This document shows, piece by piece, positions 60,490 through 64,000 of a stretch of 64,000 nucleotides of DNA. The stretch lies in assembly GCF_000150275.1 (NCBI RefSeq), contig NW_002060945.1, forward strand, positions 7,507,684 through 7,571,683. The letters run 5' to 3'. The translations under genes were made by a program, and so were the position numbers. Source of the DNA: Trichoplax adhaerens. Taxonomy: Eukaryota > Animalia > Placozoa. The first letter of the stretch is position 1; each line of letters opens with the position of its first letter. The notes beneath the pieces were generated by a model. The model was not told where the DNA came from. It did no database searches and was given only the letters and a program-made list of their open reading frames with translations.

Positions 60490-62500
60490 CCGGTAAGTCA
60501 TGTCATAAATAATGAGGATTGCGATCGCATTGATTATATCATCGGCTATCCATTAATCATTTCAAATGCTTCAATATTAGCATTAATAGAGCCTCAACTG
60601 AGATAGAGTGGTATGAAATTATGATTTAATTCGTCCCTTGATTACTGTAGCTAAACGTCGAAAATTAAGGCAGTAACAGTGTATCTGCTATCGTTAATAT
60701 TGTCGGGTAAGTCGGATCATGGATTACCGTTAGTAATATTTAGTAGTCTAGATGAGTCTAAATTTATCGATCAGCTGATTTCAACGTTTCCATTTTAATA
60801 TGGATAGGATCTAAAAAAATGGCATCAATATATCTCTTAATATTACTGTAAACATATATCGAAAGTTAAGGCGTTAAGAGCTATAACTTACTTTCAACAA
60901 CATGATCGAGTAGGTCAGATCATAGATTACCGTTATCGTTATTAGCATTTGATATTGTGGATTACTCTACGTCTATCAATCAGATGTCAGTATTTCTATT
61001 TCAGCTTAGACAAAATTTAGAAAAAAATGACATTGATTCATGCCTTGATATAACTCTAGATAGATATTGAAATGGATACGTTGAGAGCTGTAGCTTGCTG
61101 TCATCAACATTATAGGGTAGATCACATCGTGGGTGGCCGTTATCGTTATTAGCATTTGACATTGTAGATTGCTCTACGTCTATCGATCAGATGTCAATAC
61201 TTCTATTTCAATATCGATAAAATGTAGAAAAAATGACAGAAGTTCGTCTCATGATATTTCTCTAAACCGAATATTGAAAGTTGAATATGTTGAGGGCTGT
61301 AACTTGCTATTACCAATGTTATCGCGTAGGTCAGATCACAGATTACCGTTATCGTTATTAGTATTCGATATTGTGAATAAGTGCACGCCTATCGATCAGA
61401 TGTCAGTATTTCGGTTTCAATATGGACAAAATTTAGAAAAAATAACATTAGTTCTTCTCTTGATATGACTCTAGACAGATATAGAAAATGAATGTGTTTT
61501 AGCGGATACGTTAAGAGCTGTAGCTTGTTATCATCAACATGATCGGATAGATTAGATTATGATTATTGGTTACCATCACGACTGCTTTTGGCATTCGATA
61601 TTCATAGATTGCACAATATGTATCGATCAAATGCCAATATTTTAATTCCAATATCGATAGAATTAAAAAAATGACTTTGGTTTAGCTCTTGATATTACTA
61701 TTGACAAATATTGAAAATTAATACGTTGAGAGTTGTAATTTACTACCATCATTATCGGGTTGGGCAGATTCGATAAAAAGTTATCGTTATCGCCTTTATT
61801 AGTGTTTGATATTGTGGATTACTACATTTATTGATCAGATTTCAAAGTTTCCAATTCAATTAATATCGATAGAATTTTTTTAAAATGATATTAGTATGCT
61901 TATTGATATTATCGTAGGGCAAACATCGACTATAAATATATTGTCAGCTTTAGCTTGCTATCATCAATATAGAGTAGGCTAAATCATTGATAACCGTTAT
62001 TATCGCGATTGGCATTTTATCTAATGGATTCTTCTACGTTTACCAATCCGTTAATTTAAATATTTCAGTATGAACATCCATAGAGTTAAAAATTAGGATA
62101 TGAATTTATCCTTAATATTATTATAGATAGACATCGTACATGAATGCCTTAACCTCTGTACAGCTCGCTATCATCAGCATAATCGAGTGGGTTAGATTAT
62201 TGATTACTATTATATCCGCTATTGATTTAGTGGTAAGGAATATTCTATACCTGTCGACCAAATAATTTAAATGTTTGAATCTTAACATCTACAGAGTCTA
62301 GGATAAAATTAAATTAAAATCATCTCTTAATGCTACCAAAGGCAAAAGTCCAAATGAACATGTTGAGAGTAGCAGCTTATTATTAACATTACTGAGCAAC
62401 TCTGATTATTGACTACTGTTGATTTTAATAAATGTTATGGATTAATCTACCCATATCATCCATAGATCAATATCAAAATGGCACTTAATTTTAACAAATT
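60490..62500. repeat. Degenerate ~210-bp tandem array (about 9-10 units) between pip C and MINDY4
   Basis: GATCAT.GATTACCGTT-type anchor near 60714, 60917, 61124, 61333, 61554, 61766, 61981, 62194, 62403. Confidence 0.92.
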
Positions 62501-63512
62501 ATACAGACGAAGGACATTCTAGTAAATTAACCATTATCGCATTGTTAGGCCAAATTTTCGATCTTATCATGACGTTTAATTTTATACGTCAAGACGATTT
62601 GCATGGTTATCTGACGTGGTCAACTTTTTCTCACTGACTTAATTGAGCTAGGTCATCAACCTATTCATTTATTAATCCATTTTAAAGTCTAGACATTCAA
62701 TTTATGTCAATCCCGAAATTACGAGTATGATCATCGCTTCATGTCAACATTTGGATGCATGTATTGTAGGGCAATAGACAGTTGAATTCACAATTTTTTT
62801 CCTGTTTCCTTCATAGGGCTATAAGATAAAAAACTAGTCTATTAACTGTCGTTTTTATTAACTGTAAATTTAGACTTTGGACTTAATGTAAACTCAATCA
62901 GTGTGTCAGTAAAATATTTTCATGCTATTTTAATATTCTCCCTTGATAGTCATGAAGCACCCCTTCAAAAGTCTTAATCGTTATCCTCATTATTCTATTA
63001 GAAAATCGTAGTATTCCATAATTAATTTCTTGATTGATATAGTAAAATGCAGGTAAAATGATGAGCAACTCCTATCAATAATAATAACGGGCAATATTTC
63101 AAAATTGAGCGTAAGAATTTTCTATATTTTATAGCTGTATAGTAAGTAAGAATAATATGCCGTTAATTTCATTTGAGGGATTGCCTAAATACGCTACATT
63201 ATATACAATACATTAAATGGAATTAGCAAAATAATCATAAACTATACTTGCAATCAATTTTAAGACTAGCCATAGTACCTTATCTCGGGATCAAATTAAT
63301 TTTGACTGTATTATGGAAGTAAACTCATGTCAAATTAATTACAGCCTGCTCTTTCCAAAATTATTTTTACTAGGTTTTCACCGCATTGAACAATTTTAAT
63401 TAATTCGCTATCAGTAATCCTTAATCTATTCATTTAGATATCCATCTATCAACTAATACTATAAAGTCTATCTAGCAACAATTTTCGCCCACTACATTCA
63501 AAAATTACAAAT

Positions 63513-63870
63513 ATGCCAATCGAAAACAAAGTTATCGAAAATCTTGCAAGTTCATTGATTAGAGAATATCTCAGTAGAAAGGTACAACAGGAATTAATGT
63601 GTGATCTACTTCATAAGAATAATTTCTGAACTAATAATGGTATAACATCATACTCTTTTATTTATAGAATACAATGTAAAAATAATTGTTATACCGTCCT
63701 TATTATTCTTCTTATTATAGCAAATTTTATCACTAACTTGTATAGTAAAAGTACGACAATGTTTTTCGTTGCACTGATTTGTTAGCGCATACGATAATAA
63801 TCTATTGTACGTAGGGACTAAAAGAAACTCTTAAAACTATGGATGCTGAGCTTCCCAGGCAGGAACTCAG
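63513..63870 (+). CDS. MINDY4: 5' exons of probable ubiquitin carboxyl-terminal hydrolase MINDY-4 (FAM188B); continues past the window
   Basis: Exons 63513-63581 and 63815-about 63870 give MPIENKVIENLASSLIREYLSRK|GLKETLKTMDAELPR, resembling the LisH-like N-terminus of FAM188B as I recall it (ASLVREFLSRKGLKKT). Confidence 0.75.
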
Positions 63871-64000
63871 GTAGATTAAAACTATCGCTTACGAATTAAA
63901 TTATTCTTATATATATCATTAGTAACAATAACAGTAGTATCTTGGTCAGTAAACAAGGTTAAAAATCGAATCAATAATTTTGTTAAAATCATATATCATA

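Overview
AT-rich, gene-dense eukaryotic DNA with many short GT-AG introns and metazoan-type genes. The style suggests a placozoan such as Trichoplax (inference only). Gene models were assembled by hand from the sequence: small ankyrin-repeat gene (+), CNOT9/RCD1 (-), CLP1 (+), ATG9 (-), a cytochrome P450 (-), two SDR9C/retinol-dehydrogenase-like paralogs (-) flanking CCDC93 (+), a tandem cluster of proline iminopeptidase (S33) genes (-), and the 5' end of MINDY4/FAM188B (+). The iminopeptidase cluster has two intact copies, one pseudogene and one extra intact promoter+exon-1 module. The strongest non-coding pattern: most gene 5' ends carry their own tandem array (periods about 75-120 bp or 150-210 bp), in an early intron or just upstream. 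By eye the arrays are unrelated between loci and range from near-perfect to highly decayed. Also found: a clean solo LTR with its empty site visible in a paralog, two more LTR-like insertions, a decayed hAT-like transposase, a possible Rho-like pseudogene, and a palindrome-forming mutation that frameshifts the pseudogene's start. No rRNA, tRNA or CRISPR was seen. Boundaries of degenerate repeats are approximate.
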